Notes under the pieces: generated by a model
Database searches by the model: none
Told to the model about the DNA's origin: nothing
The model's input: the letters and a program-made list of their open reading frames with translations, nothing else
Assembly: GCF_004010195.1 (NCBI RefSeq)
Contig: NC_057720.1
Coordinates: 3,577,255 to 3,641,254, forward strand
DNA: 64,000 nucleotides
Source of the DNA: Chiloscyllium plagiosum
Taxonomy: Eukaryota
Direction: 5' to 3'
Part shown: piece after piece, positions 39,204-50,960 of the stretch
How the letters are laid out: every line of letters starts with the position of its first letter
Position numbering within the stretch: position 1 is the stretch's first letter
Made by a program: the position numbers and the translations under genes

Positions 39204-39443
39204 AAAGGGTAAAAACAATGACTGCAGATGCTGGAAACTAGATTCTGGATTGGAGTGGTGCTGGAAAAGCACAGCAGGTCAGGCAGCATCCGAGGAACAG
39301 GGAAATCGACGTTTTGGGCAAAAGCCCTTCAGGAAAGAGGCAGAGTGCCTGAAGGGTGGAGAGATAAATGAGAGGAGGGTGGGAATGGGGAGAAAGTAGC
39401 ATATGCTGACCTTCTGTGCTTTTCCAACACCACTCTGATCCAG
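39204..39443 (-). mobile_element. Penelope-like 3' end with short inverted copy
   Basis: ctgcagatgctgg...tgctggaaaagcacagcaggtcagg..., ending in inverted ctgtgcttttccaacaccactc; interrupts CR1 at ttttca|ctaagg. Confidence 0.8.
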
Positions 39444-42019
39444 ACTAAGGAAAGGGACCTTGTTGTGAATGAGAACTTTGAGGAGCTGGGAAACAGGCTT
39501 GAACAGATCAAGATTGATGAAGTTGATGTGTAGAAATTTTGGCAAATATTAAGATTGATAAGGCCCCAGGGCCAGACCAGATTTATCCTAAGCTGCTCCG
39601 GGAAGCGAGAAAAGTGGTTGCTAATCCGCTGGCAAAGATCTTGCTTCCTCACTCTCCACAGGAGTCGTACCAAAGGATTGGAGGGAGGCGAATGTTGTTC
39701 CTCTTTTCAAGACGGGTAATAGGGAAATCTCTGGGAATTATAGACCAGTCAGTCTTACGTCTGTCGTCAGCAAAGTTTTGGAATAAATTCTGAGGGATAG
39801 GATTTATGACAGTTTGGCAAAGCATAATGTGATTAAAGGCAATCAGCATGGCTTTGTGAGGGGCAGGTCATGCCTCACAAATCTTATTGAGTTTTTTGAG
39901 GAGGCGGTGAGACAAGTTAATGAAGGTTGAGCCGTGGATGTGGTGTATATGAACTTCAGTAAGGCATTTGATAAGGTACCCCAAGACAGGCTCATTCATA
40001 AAGTCAGGAGATATGTGATACAGGGAGATTTGGCTGTGTGGATTCAGAATTGGTTGAATCACAAAAGGCAGAGAGTGGTTGTAGATGGAAAGTATTCTGC
40101 CGGGAGATCAGTGGTGAGTGGAGTCCCGTTGGGGTTCTGTTCTTGGGCCTCTGCTCTTTGTAGTTTTTATAAATGGCTTGGTTGAGGGTTGGGTTAGTAA
40201 ATTTGCGGATGACACAAAGGTTGGAGGTGCCGTTGATAGTATTGAGGGCTACTACAGGCTGCAGCGTGATATAGACAGGATGCAGAGCTGGGCTGAGAAA
40301 TGGCAGATGGAGTTCAACCTGGATAAATGCGAAGTGATGTATTTTGGAAGTTGGAATATAGGATTAAAGACAGGATTCTTCGCAGTGTGGAGGAACAGCG
40401 GGATCTTGGTTTTCAAGTGCATACATCCCTCAAAGTTGCCACCCAAGTGGATAGGGTTGTCCAGAAATTGGCTTTCATTAACAGGGGGATCGAGTTTAAG
40501 AGCTGCAATGTTTTGCTGCAGCTCTACAAAACCCTGGTGAGACCACACTTGGAATATTGTGTCCAGTTCTGGTCACCCTATTATAGGAAAGATGCAGAGG
40601 CTTTGGAGAGCGTGCAAAGAAGGTTTACTAGGATGCTGCCTGGACTAGAAGGCTTTTCTTACGAAGACAGGTTGACTAAGCTTGGACTTTTCTCTCTGGA
40701 GAGAAGGAGGAAGAGAGGTGACCTGATCGATGTTTACAAGGTAATGAGAGGCATGGATAGAGTCAATAGCCAGAGACCTTTCCCCAGGAAAGGATTGACT
40801 GCCACGAGGGGTCATAGTTTTAAGGTGTTAGGAGGAAAGTATAGAGGAGACTTCAGAAGTAGGTTCTCTACACAGAGAGTTGTGAATGCATGGAATGCGT
40901 TGCCCGCGGTGGACTGCTGGACATGCACATGGGTAGCAGTGAATTGAGGGGTGTGTAGGTTAGGTTATTTTATTTTAGATTAGGATTAAGGGCCTGTTCT
41001 GTGTCGTACTTTTCTATGTTCTATGATGTATTTTGCCTCTCTTGTCTGCAGTCTTCTATTGATTGCATGGACATCTGAAAATTGATATTGATACTTGGTG
41101 TCATATCACCTAATCTGGTTACACTTAAATGTAGCCTATTGTGCAGATAACAAGCAATCTGTCCAGTGGAAATGAATTCTTGCTTGTGTTCAAATAGACA
41201 TTTTATAGACCAGCCCGTACAATTAAGAGATGTTATTCTAATACCAGTAGCTTATTTTCCAGATAAAATATGGTTTTGCTTTTTTTCTCTTCTATAACCT
41301 GCAGTTGATTCCATATTAGAACATCGAACAATACAGCACAGTACAGGACCTTCAGTCCTCGATGTTGTGTTGGCTTTCTATCCTCCTCAAAGATCAGGCT
41401 AACCTACATACCCTTCATTGTACAATCTTCCATTTGTCTGTCCAAGAGTCGCTTAAATGCTCCTAATGTCTCTGATTCTACCACCACTGCTGACCGTGTA
41501 TTCCATGCATCCACGACTCTGTTTAAAGAACCTAGCTGTGACATCTCCCCTAAACCTTGTGATAGCCATTTCTGCCCTGGGAAAATGTCTCTGGTTATCC
41601 ATTCAGTCTATGCCTCTTATCATTTTGTACGCCTCTATCAAGTCACCTCTCATCCTTCTTCACTCCAATGAGAAAAGCCCTAGCTCACTCAAGCTTTCTT
41701 CATCAGGCATGCCCTCTAGTCCAGGCAGAATCCTGGTAAATCTCCTCTGCACCCTCTCTAAAGCTTTCACATTCTTCCTATAATGAGGCGACCAGAACTG
41801 AACACACTATTCCAAGTGTGATCTCACCAGGGTTCTATAGAGCTGCAGCATAGCCTCGCAGCTCTTAAACTCAATCTCGCTGCTAATGAAAACCAACACA
41901 CCATATGCCTTCTTCATAACCTTATCAAATTTGGTGGCAACGTTGAGGGGTCTGTGGACATGGAGCACAAGATTCTTCTGTTGCTCCACACTGCCAAAAG
42001 TCCTGCCTTTAACCCTGTA

Positions 42020-42194
42020 CAGAGAAACCTTGATTATCTGGCATTTGATTATCCGAATTTCAGATTATCCAAACAAATCGCAGGGTCCTGCTGCTTGGCT
42101 AAGCTGTGTTATCCGACATTCGATTATCCGCATGTTCGATTATCCAAACAAAATACTCCCCGCCCGAGGCATTCGGATAATTGAAGTTCCTCTA
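42020..42194. mobile_element. 175-bp MITE (Tc1/mariner, Tigger-like) with TA TSD
   Basis: TA at 42018-42019 and 42195-42196; terminal inverted repeats (TIRs) cagagaaaccttgattatc and gataattgaagttcctcta; internal gattatcc repeats; empty site aaccctgTAttc at 42435-42446. Confidence 0.85.
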
Positions 42195-42748
42195 TATTCA
42201 AGTTCAACCTTCCAAAATGAATCACTTCACACTTTTCCAGGTTGGACTCCACCTGCCAGTTATCATCTGCAGTAGAACCTTGCGGCTCTTAAATTCAATC
42301 CCACTGCTAATGAGAGCCAACAAATTATAAGCCTTCTTAACAATCCTATCAGCTTAGGTTTAAACGTTGAGGGATCTATGGACATGGACTCCAAGATCCC
42401 TCTGTTCCTCCACACTGCCAAGAATCCTGCCTTTAACCCTGTATTCTGCATTCAAAGTCGACCTTCCAAAATGAATCACTTCACACTTTTACAGATTGAG
42501 CTCCATCTGCCACTTATCAGCTCAACCTGCAACAGCCCTCCACATTATCCACAACTCCATCAAACTTAGTTTGTCAATGATACGCTTCCACTTCCTCATC
42601 CAAGTCATTTGCAAAAATCACAAAGAGCACTGAGCTTTAGACTGAACACTTTCCATTTACTACCACCCTCGGTCTTCTATGGGTCAGCCAATCCTGGTCC
42701 AGACAGCTAGATTTTCCTGTATCCCATGCGCCTTACTTTCTGAATGAG

Positions 42749-42980
42749 GGAAAAGATGAGGACTGCAGATGCTGGAGATCAGAGTCGTGAGTCTGGTGCT
42801 GGAAAAGCACAGCCAGTCAGGCAGCAGCTGAGGAGCAGGAGAATCAACATTTCGAGCTTAAGCTGTTCATCAGGAATGGTGAAGCACTTCCTGATGAAGA
42901 CCTTATACTTGAAACGTCAACTCTTCTGCTCCTCAGATGCTGCCTGCCCGGCTGTGCTTTTCCAGCACCACACTCTCAAC
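42749..42980. mobile_element. 232-bp palindromic Penelope-like insertion with 15-bp TSD
   Basis: TSD tactttctgaatgag at 42734-42748 and 42981-42995; back-to-back tcatcag...ctgatga cores. Confidence 0.88.
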
Positions 42981-45170
42981 TACTTTCTGAATGAGCCTAC
43001 CATGGGGAACCTTTTCAAACACCTTGCTAAAATCCCAGTATACGACATCCACTGCTGTACCTTCATCAATGTGTTTTGTCACATCCTCAAATAATTTAGT
43101 AAGGCCTGTGAGGCATGACCTGCCTTTCACAAAGCCATGCTGACTATCTCTAATGAAACTATTACTTATTTCCAAGTAATTGTAAATCCTGTCTCTCAGA
43201 ATCCTCTCCAATAATTTTCCCACCATAGATGTAAGACTGACTGATCTGTAATTCCCAGGATTATCCCTATTCCCTTTCTTGAACAAGGGAATAACATTTG
43301 CCACCCTCCAATCATCTGGCACTACTCCAGTGGACAATGAGGATCTAAAGCTCATTACCAAAGGTGCAGCAATCTCTTCCCTCGCATCCTGTTGTAACCT
43401 AGAGTATATATTGTCTGGCCCAGGGGATTTGTCTTTATGTCTATGTTTATGCCTATCCTTATGTTTTTCACAATTTTCAACATGTCTTCCTTCTTATCAT
43501 CTACTGTCGTCATCTTATCATCATATCATCTTTCATGTTGACCTCACAAACATCAAGGTTCCTCTCAGCAGTAAATACCAAAGCTAAGTATTCATTAAGG
43601 ACCTCCCTTACTACTACCGACTCTAGGCACAAGTTCCCTCCAGTATTCCTCATCAGCCCTACCCTCACTCTGGCCATCCTCTTGTGCCTCACACCTTAGG
43701 GTTTTCCGTAATCCTACCGACTAAAACTTTTTCATGTCCCCTTCTAGTTCTCCTAAGTTCATTCTTCAGTTCCTTCCTGGCCATCTTCTAACCCTGTAAA
43801 GCCTTGTCTGATCCTTTCCTTCTCAACCTTAAGTAAGCTTCCTCCTTCATCTTGCCTAGATGTTCCTCATCTCTTGTCACCCAAGGTTCCTTCACCCTAC
43901 CATCCCTTCCTTGCCTCAGTGGGACAAACCTGACCAGTACTGTCAGCAATTGCTTCCTAAACAACGTCCATATTTCTGTCATGCATTTCCCTGAGAACAT
44001 CTGTTCCCAATTTAGGCACCCCAGTTCCTGCCTAATAGCATTGCAATTCCCCCTTCCCCAATTACATACTTGCCCATATCCTCTGCTCCTATCCCTCTCC
44101 TTGAGTATAGTAAAGGTCATAAGAGTTGTGATCACTAAAATGCTCTCCCACCGAAAGATCTGATATGTGGCATGGTTCGTTGCCAAGCACCAAATCCAAT
44201 ATGGCCTCCCCTCTTGTTAGCCTATCTACATATTGAGTCAGGAACCTTTCCTGGACACAGCTGACAGAAACTGCTTCATTCAAACTATTTGAACCATGGA
44301 GGTTTCAATCAATGTTAGGGAAGTTAAAGAAACCCATGGCAACAACTCTGTTAGTTCTACACATTTCCAAAACCTGCCTCCCAATCTGCTCCTCTGCATC
44401 TCTCTTGCTATTGGCAAGTCTATAGAAAACTCCCAATAAAGTGACTGCTCCTTTCCTGTTCCTGACTTCCACCCGTACTGATTCTGTAGACAGACCCTCC
44501 TTGACCTCCCTTTCTGCAGCTGTAATTATATCTGTGATTAACAATGCCACTCCCCCATCTCTTTAAACCCCCCGCCCCCCCATTCCTTTTGAAATATCTA
44601 AACCCTGGGATATTCAACAACCATTTCTGCTCCTGTGATATCCAAGTCTCTGTAATGCCCACAATATCGTAGCTTCAAGTACTGATGCACGCTCTAAGTT
44701 CGTCACCCTTATTCCTACTTGCGTTAAAATAGACACACTTCAACCCATCATACTAACTGCACCTTTGCCTTATCAATGGTCTTTCCTTTCTCTTGGATTG
44801 TCTGCAGGCTGTATCCGGCGGTTCACTACTTACTCCATCATCTGATCCATAGCTCCGGTTCCCACTCCCCTGCCAATTTAGTTTAAACCTTTCCCAAAGA
44901 GCTCTAGTAAACCTCCTGCCCAGGATATTGGTGCCCCTCCAGTTCAGGTGCAACCCATCCATCTTGTACAGGTCCCACTGTCTCCAGTAGGTATCCCACT
45001 GATCCACATATCTGAAGTCCTCCCTCCTGCACCTGCGCTGCAGCCATGTGTTCATCTGCACTCACTCTCTATTCCTTGCCTCACTAGCCCGTGGCACTGG
45101 TAGCAATCCTGAGATTACTTCTCTGCTCATCTTGCCTTTTAGCTTCCAACCTAATTCCCTATATTCTCTA

Positions 45171-45620
45171 GGAGAGGTGATGGCCTAGTGGTATTATTGC
45201 TTGACTATTAATCCAGAAACCCAGGATAATGTTCTGGGGACCTGGGTTCGAATCCTGCCATGGCAGATGGTAAAATTTGATTTCAATAAAAAGAAATCTG
45301 GAATTAAGAGTCAACTGATGACTATGGATCCATTGTCAATTGCCAGAAAAACCCACTTGGTTCACTAATATCCTTTAGGGAAGGTAATCTGCCATCCTTA
45401 TCTGGCCTGGCCTACACGTGACTCCAGAACCACAGCAATGTGGTTGACTCTCCACTGCCCTCTGAAATGGCCACACAGTTGTATCAATTGCGAGAAAGTC
45501 ACAACAAAGAAATTAAAACCTGAGGAAGTGGACCGCCTCGATTCAACGAGGGCAAGTAGGGATGGGCTATCAATGCTGGCCAGCCAGCCACACCTAAGTC
45601 CCGCAAATGAATTTTAAAAA
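45171..45620 (+). mobile_element. tRNA-derived SINE with intact Pol III A and B boxes
   Basis: A box tggcctagtggt 45181-45192; B box ggttcgaatcc 45245-45255; related copies at about 9920, 30186 and 36965; 3' tail shared with the second LINE family. Confidence 0.85.
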
Positions 45621-45904
45621 ACTTTTCAGGTCCTCCTCCCTTTTCCTAGCTTGTCATTGGAACCATTGTGTACCGTGACTTCTGGCTCTACCCCCCTTAA
45701 GAATCCTGTAGACTTGATCCAAGAAATCCCTGAGCCTGGCACCCAGGAGGCAACATACCATTCGGGAGTCTTGTTTGCGATATTAATGTTTGTTGCTTCC
45801 TGCCACACGAGAAGTAAGGCAGTGCTTTATGGTGGTTTCCCGAATTAGAAATGAATTTATTTCCAGCAGAGGCAGACGGCCTCCACCTTGGTTCACAAGA
45901 GCCA

Positions 45905-46158
45905 TAGTTATGCAATGTTCGAGAAAAATTAAATGCTATTTTTTTGACAGTGTTCACTATAGAAAATGAAAATGTTGGCGAGGAAGATACAGAGATACTT
46001 GCATCTAGACTAGAAGAGATTGAGGTTCACAAGGAAGAGGTATTAGAAATACTGCAGAGTGTGAAAATAGACAAGTCCCCTGGGCCAGATGGGATCTATC
46101 CTAGGATCCTCTGGGAAGCAAGGGAAGAGATTGCCGAGCTTTTGGCATTGATCTTCAA
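45905..46158 (+). mobile_element. CR1 ORF2 internal fragment
   Basis: VKIDKSPGPDGIYPRILWEAREEIAE. Confidence 0.85.
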
Positions 46159-47170
46159 ATAGAACATAGAACAATACAGCACAGAACAGGCCCTTCGGCC
46201 CACGATGTTGTGCCGAACATTTGTCCGAGCTTAAGCACCTATCCATGTACCTATCCAATTGCTGCTTAAAGGTCTCCAATGATTCTGACTCTGCCATTCC
46301 CACAGGCAGTGCATTCCATGCCCCCACCACTCTCTGGGTAAAGAACCTACCCCTGACATCCCCCCTATACCTTCCACCCTTCACCTTAAATTTATGTCCC
46401 CTTGTAACACTCTGTTGTACCCGGGGAAAAAGTTTCTGACTGTCTACTCTATCTATTCCCCTGATCATCTTATAAACCTCTATCAAGTCACCCCTCATCC
46501 TTCGCCATTCCAATGAGAAAAGGCCTAGCACTCTCAACCTATCCTCGTACAACCTATTCTCCATTCCATGCAACATCCTGGTAAATCTACTCTGGACTCT
46601 CTCCAAAGCTTCCACATCTTTCCTAAAGTGAGGCGACCAGAACTGCACACAGTACTCCAAATGTGGCCTTACCAAGGTCCTGTACAGCTGCAACATCACT
46701 TCACGACTCTTGAATTCAATCCCTCTGCTAATGAACGCTAATACACCATAGGCCTTCTTACAAGCTCTATCCACCTGAGTGGCAACTTTCAAAGAGCTAT
46801 GAACATAGACCCAAGATCCCTCTGCTCCTCCACCTTTCTAAGAACCCTACCGTTAACCCTGTATTCCACATTCTTATTTGTCCTTCCAAAATGGGCAATC
46901 TCTCACTTGACAGGGTTGAACTCCATCTGCCACTCCTCAGCCCAGTTCTGCATTATATCTAAGTCCTTTTGCAGCCGACAATAGCCCTCCTCACTATCCA
47001 CAACTCCACCAATCTTTGTATCGTCTGCAAATTTACTGACCCACCCTTCGACTCCCTCTTCCAAGTCATTAATACAAATTACGAACAGCAGAGGACCCAG
47101 AACTGATCCCTGCGGAACTCCACTTGTAACTGGGCTCCAGGCTGAATATTTACCATCTACCACCACTCTC
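46159..47170 (-). mobile_element. Young 5'-truncated CR1 LINE
   Basis: Long ORFs 46903..47166 and 46043..46792 with intact RT and C-terminal motifs; (atagaac)2 tail. Confidence 0.93.
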
Positions 47171-47478
47171 TCACCTTAACCTATGCCTTTTAGTTTTAGA
47201 TTCCCCTACCCTGGGGATAAAGACCTTGGCTTTTCACCCTATCCATGCCCCTCATGATTTTATAAACCTCTATAAAGTCACCACAGCCTCCAACACTCCA
47301 GGGAAAGTAGCCCCAGCCTATTCAGCCTCTCCCTATAACAAAACACCTCCAGTCCTGGCAACATCTGTGTAAATCTTTTCTGCACCCTCTCAAGTTTAAC
47401 AACATTTTTCCTATAGAAGGGTGACCAGAATTGGAGACGGTATTCTAAAAGTGGCCTCACCAATGTTGTGTACAGCCA
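47171..47478 (-). mobile_element. CR1 fragment
   Basis: ORF 47278..47487 LYTTLVRPLLEY...KLERVQKRFT. Confidence 0.85.
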
Positions 47479-48047
47479 TTGCTTCATTAATCACATATAC
47501 TTCAGCTTTTCTATGAGATCAATTGTATTTGTCACTACCATAATTAGTTTATAATTTATTAAAGGAATAATGGTCACATTAACACAGATTCTTAGCATAC
47601 CTTCTCAAAGGTCAATCATTTTGACCATTAAGAAGCGCTAACATAAATGAGCAGACTCTCTCTGCCGTCTGTAAGAAATTAAACACTCTGTAAAAGAGTG
47701 TGTTACGTTTCCATAGAAACTCAATGTGCAGCATTGGATTTTAAATGTGCAGAGCCCTACTGCTCATTTCCTGTTGACGACTGAGTTTAGAGAGTCTAAT
47801 TACTGCATTGTATTGGCACAATCTGTGAACAACTATTCTACTCTTTGTGTTTATTTTCCTTAGGTACTGGATGCCTGTGTTTCACACTTGTGTACAAACT
47901 CAACACTCACTTCTACGTTTTCACAGAACGTTTGCCCCACGTTCTTCCCTCTTTATCTGAAGGTGCTGATTAATGCTGCGATACATGCTCACAGGTGCTG
48001 TAATGCCATGGCACTTTGCTCACTGTTTCATACAGTAAGTGCCAGTT

Positions 48048-48368
48048 TGTGGCAACAAAGAGCAATTTTGACGCTAGGAGGTGAGTGACTTTTTGATTCC
48101 CCAAAGTCTGTCCGACACTTACAAGGCACAGGTCAGGAGTGTGATGGAATACTCCCCATTTGCCTGGATGAGTTCAGCTCCAACAACACTCAAGAAACCT
48201 AACACCATCCAAGATGAAGCACTTGATTGGTACGCCATCCAACACTTTCAACATTCACACCTTTCAATACCAACAATCAATGACAGCAGTCTGTACTACT
48301 CACGACATGCACTCCATAAACTCACCAAGACTCCTTAAGGCAGCACTTTCTAAATCCATGACCCTCAA
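48048..48368 (+). mobile_element. Fragment of the second LINE family
   Basis: ORF 48081..48338 YKAQVRSVMEYSPFAWMSSAPTTLKK. Confidence 0.78.
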
Positions 48369-48605
48369 TGTGGTGATTGTAATGAGGTCAGATGGGTGGA
48401 CTGCATAGAATACAAATTCCCTGACTGGGGCTGTTAATCTGGTCCAATCAGGGAGCCCTGGCTGACACACACAAAAAAGGAGTGTTCAGACAATCTGACA
48501 CTCTGTGAACTGGTTCTGAGGAAACTGGACTGGTGTCGAGGACTTTGCACGTGTTAATAAAGGGTGACATGTTGGCAGGATGCTGGCCTCCGTAGAGTTA
48601 TTTCA
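48369..48605 (+). mobile_element. 5' LTR of a Gypsy-type LTR retrotransposon
   Basis: TG...CA termini, CCAAT and AATAAA inside, followed by a primer-binding-site-like tggcgac at 48607 and a gag remnant. Confidence 0.72.
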
Positions 48606-48687
48606 GTGGCGACAAGAGTAATGCACATACCTGAAGAAACATGCTCAACACAGTCTGCTTTGAGTTGAGGTAAGCATTTCTGGCGTC

Positions 48688-48864
48688 ATTCTATTATTTG
48701 GGAAGCTTGACCTGTTTGATCCTGCCATCAAAGACTGGGCCCAATAGGTGGAAAGAATGTATTTTTTGTTCTGGGTAAATGACATTGGGGCAGATGAAAA
48801 GCAATAAGTAATTTTCCTGACAGCTTGTGGACTTGCAGCTTTTTCAGTTATTAGGAGCCTAATT
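48688..48864 (+). pseudogene. Gypsy gag N-terminus remnant
   Basis: Translates to ILLFGKLDLFDPAIKDWAQ*VERMYFLFWVNDIGADEKQ*VIFLTACGLAAFSVIRSL, a Gypsy gag-type FD...DW...ER...N.I pattern with stops. Confidence 0.7.
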
Positions 48865-48892
48865 TAGGAGGCAACAATGCTAAAACCTAATG

Positions 48893-50108
48893 GATTTTCA
48901 TTCCAGGAATTGACCTCGTGAACCTACGCTGCACTCCCTCAATAGCCAGAATGTCTTTCCTCAAATTTGGAGACCAGAACTGCACACAGTACTCCAGGTG
49001 TGGTCTCACCAGGGCCCTGTACAGCTGCAGAAGAGCCTCTTTGCTTCTATACTCAATCCCTCTTGTCATGAAGGCCAGCATGCTATTAGCCTTCTTCAGC
49101 CCCTTTACCTAAATTGGTTCCATTTAGGTAGTAATCTGCCTTCCTGTTCTTGCCACCAAAGTGGATAACCATACATTTATCCACATTAAACTGCATCTGC
49201 CATGCATCTGACCACTCACCTAATCTGTCCAGGTCACCCTGTAATTTCCTAACATCCTCCTCACATTTCACCCTGCCACCCAGCTTAGTATCATCAGCAA
49301 ATTTACTAATGTTATTACTAATACCATCTTCTTTATCATTAACATATATTGTAAAAAGCAGGGGTCCCAGTGCTGATCCCTGCGGTACCCCACTGGTCAC
49401 TGCCTGCCATTCCGAAATGGAGCCGTTTATCACTATTCTTTGTTTCCTATCAGCCAGCCAACTTTTAATCCAAGTTAGTACTTTGCCCCCAATACCATGC
49501 ACCCTAATTTTGCTCACTAACCTCCTATGTGGGACTTTATCAAAAGCTTTCTGAAAGTCCAGGTACACTACATCTACTGGATCTCCCTCGTAAATCTTCA
49601 GAGTTACATCCTCAAAAAATTCCAGAAGATTAGTCAAGCATGATTTCCCCTTCATAAATCCATGCTGACTCTGACCTATCCTGTTACTACTATGTGTCGT
49701 AATTTCATCCTTTATAATAGACTCCAGCATCTTCCCATCACTGAGGTCAGACTAACTGGTCTATAATTTCCTGTTTTCTCTCTCCCACCTTTCTTAAAAA
49801 ATGGTACAACATTAGCCACCCTCCAATCCGCAGGAACTGACCCCGAATCTATCGAACTCTGGAAAATAATCACCAACGCATCCACGATTTCTCGAGCCAC
49901 CACCTTCAGTATCCTGGGATATAGACCATCAGGCCCCGGAGGACTTATCAACCTTCAGATCTAACAGTCTCTCCAACACCAATTCCTGGCAAATATAAAT
50001 TCCCTTAAGTTCAGGTCTTTCAGCCACTGTTACCTCAGGGAGATTGCTTGTGTCTTCCCCAGTGAACACAGATCTGAAGTACCAATTCAATTCTTCTGCC
50101 ATTTCTTT
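48893..50108 (-). mobile_element. CR1 LINE RT region, well preserved
   Basis: ORF 49086..49730 QHGFMKGKSCLTNLLEFFE...DVVYLDFQKAFDKV...KFADDTK. Confidence 0.93.
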
Positions 50109-50960
50109 GGATTAGTAATTGGCTTGCTGAAAGAAAACAGAGGGTGGTGGTTGATGGAACATGTTCATCTTGGTGTCCAGTTACTAGCGGCATTCGGAAA
50201 GGGTCTGTGTTGGGTCGGTGTTTTTATAAATGACTTGGAAGCGGGCTTAGAAGGTTGGTTAGTAAATTTGCGGACGAAACTAAGGTCAGTGGAGTTGTGG
50301 ATAGTGACGATGGATGTAGTAGGTTGCAGAGAGACATAGATAGGATGCAGAGCTGGGCTGAGAGGTGGCAAATGGAGTTTAATGTGGACAAGTGTGTGGT
50401 GATACACTTTGGCCGGAGTAATCGGAATGCAAAGTACTGGGCTAATGGTAAGATTCTTGGGAGTGCAGATGAGCAGAGAGATCTCAGTGTTCATGTTCAC
50501 AGATCCCTGAAAGTTGCCACCCAGATTAACAGGGTTGTTAAGAAGACATACAGTGTTTTAACTTTTATTAATAGAGGGATTGAGTTCCGGAACCAGGAGC
50601 TGTACAAAGCTCTGGTACGGCCACACTTGAGTATTGTGTACAGTTCTGGTCACCGCATTATAAGAAGGATGAGTATGGGGACGGCAAACACGAGGGGACA
50701 CAACTTTAAAGTGAGGGGAGATAGGTATAAGACAGATATCAGAGGTAGTTTCTTTACTCAGAGAGTAGTAAGTGTATGGAATGCTTTGCCTGCAACGGTA
50801 ATAGATTCGCCAAGTTTAAGTGCATTTAAGTCATCATTGGACAGGCATATGGACATATATGGAATAGCGTGGGTGGGATGGGCTTCAGATTAGTATGACA
50901 GGGCGGCGCAACATCGAGGGCCGAAGGGCCTGTACTGCGCTGTAATGTTCTATGTTCTAT
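50109..50960 (+). mobile_element. CR1 LINE 3' part with internal deletion
   Basis: ORF 50255..50893; ttctatg-type tail at about 50947-50960. Confidence 0.9.

Larger units (their letters stand above)
37935..41025 (+). mobile_element. Near-complete CR1 ORF2 and 3'UTR with two PLE insertions
   Basis: GGGVALL, VVVMGDFNFPNIDW, KAPGPD, QHGF, DVVY.NFSKAFDKV, KFADDTK and LVRPHLEYCVQFW in order; (ttctatg)2 tail. Confidence 0.93.
41318..45780 (-). mobile_element. Long CR1 LINE including ORF1 esterase (SGNH) remnant; interrupted and partly duplicated
   Basis: ORF1-like EPEVTVHNGSND (45626..45808) and WDLYKMDGLHLNWRGTNIL (44753..45061); endonuclease GITETW; RT GNYRSVSLTS...QHGFVKGRSCLT; 3'UTR at 41318-41450. 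Confidence 0.9.

Noticed and set aside
45171..45260. tRNA gene (also at 33327 and 62005-62069)
   Set aside because: A and B boxes are followed by SINE bodies and tails, and I see no complete cloverleaf.
45905..47170. Twin-priming inversion of a single CR1
   Set aside because: The + fragment abuts the 3' tail of the - copy rather than its 5' end, so separate insertions or a deletion are more plausible.
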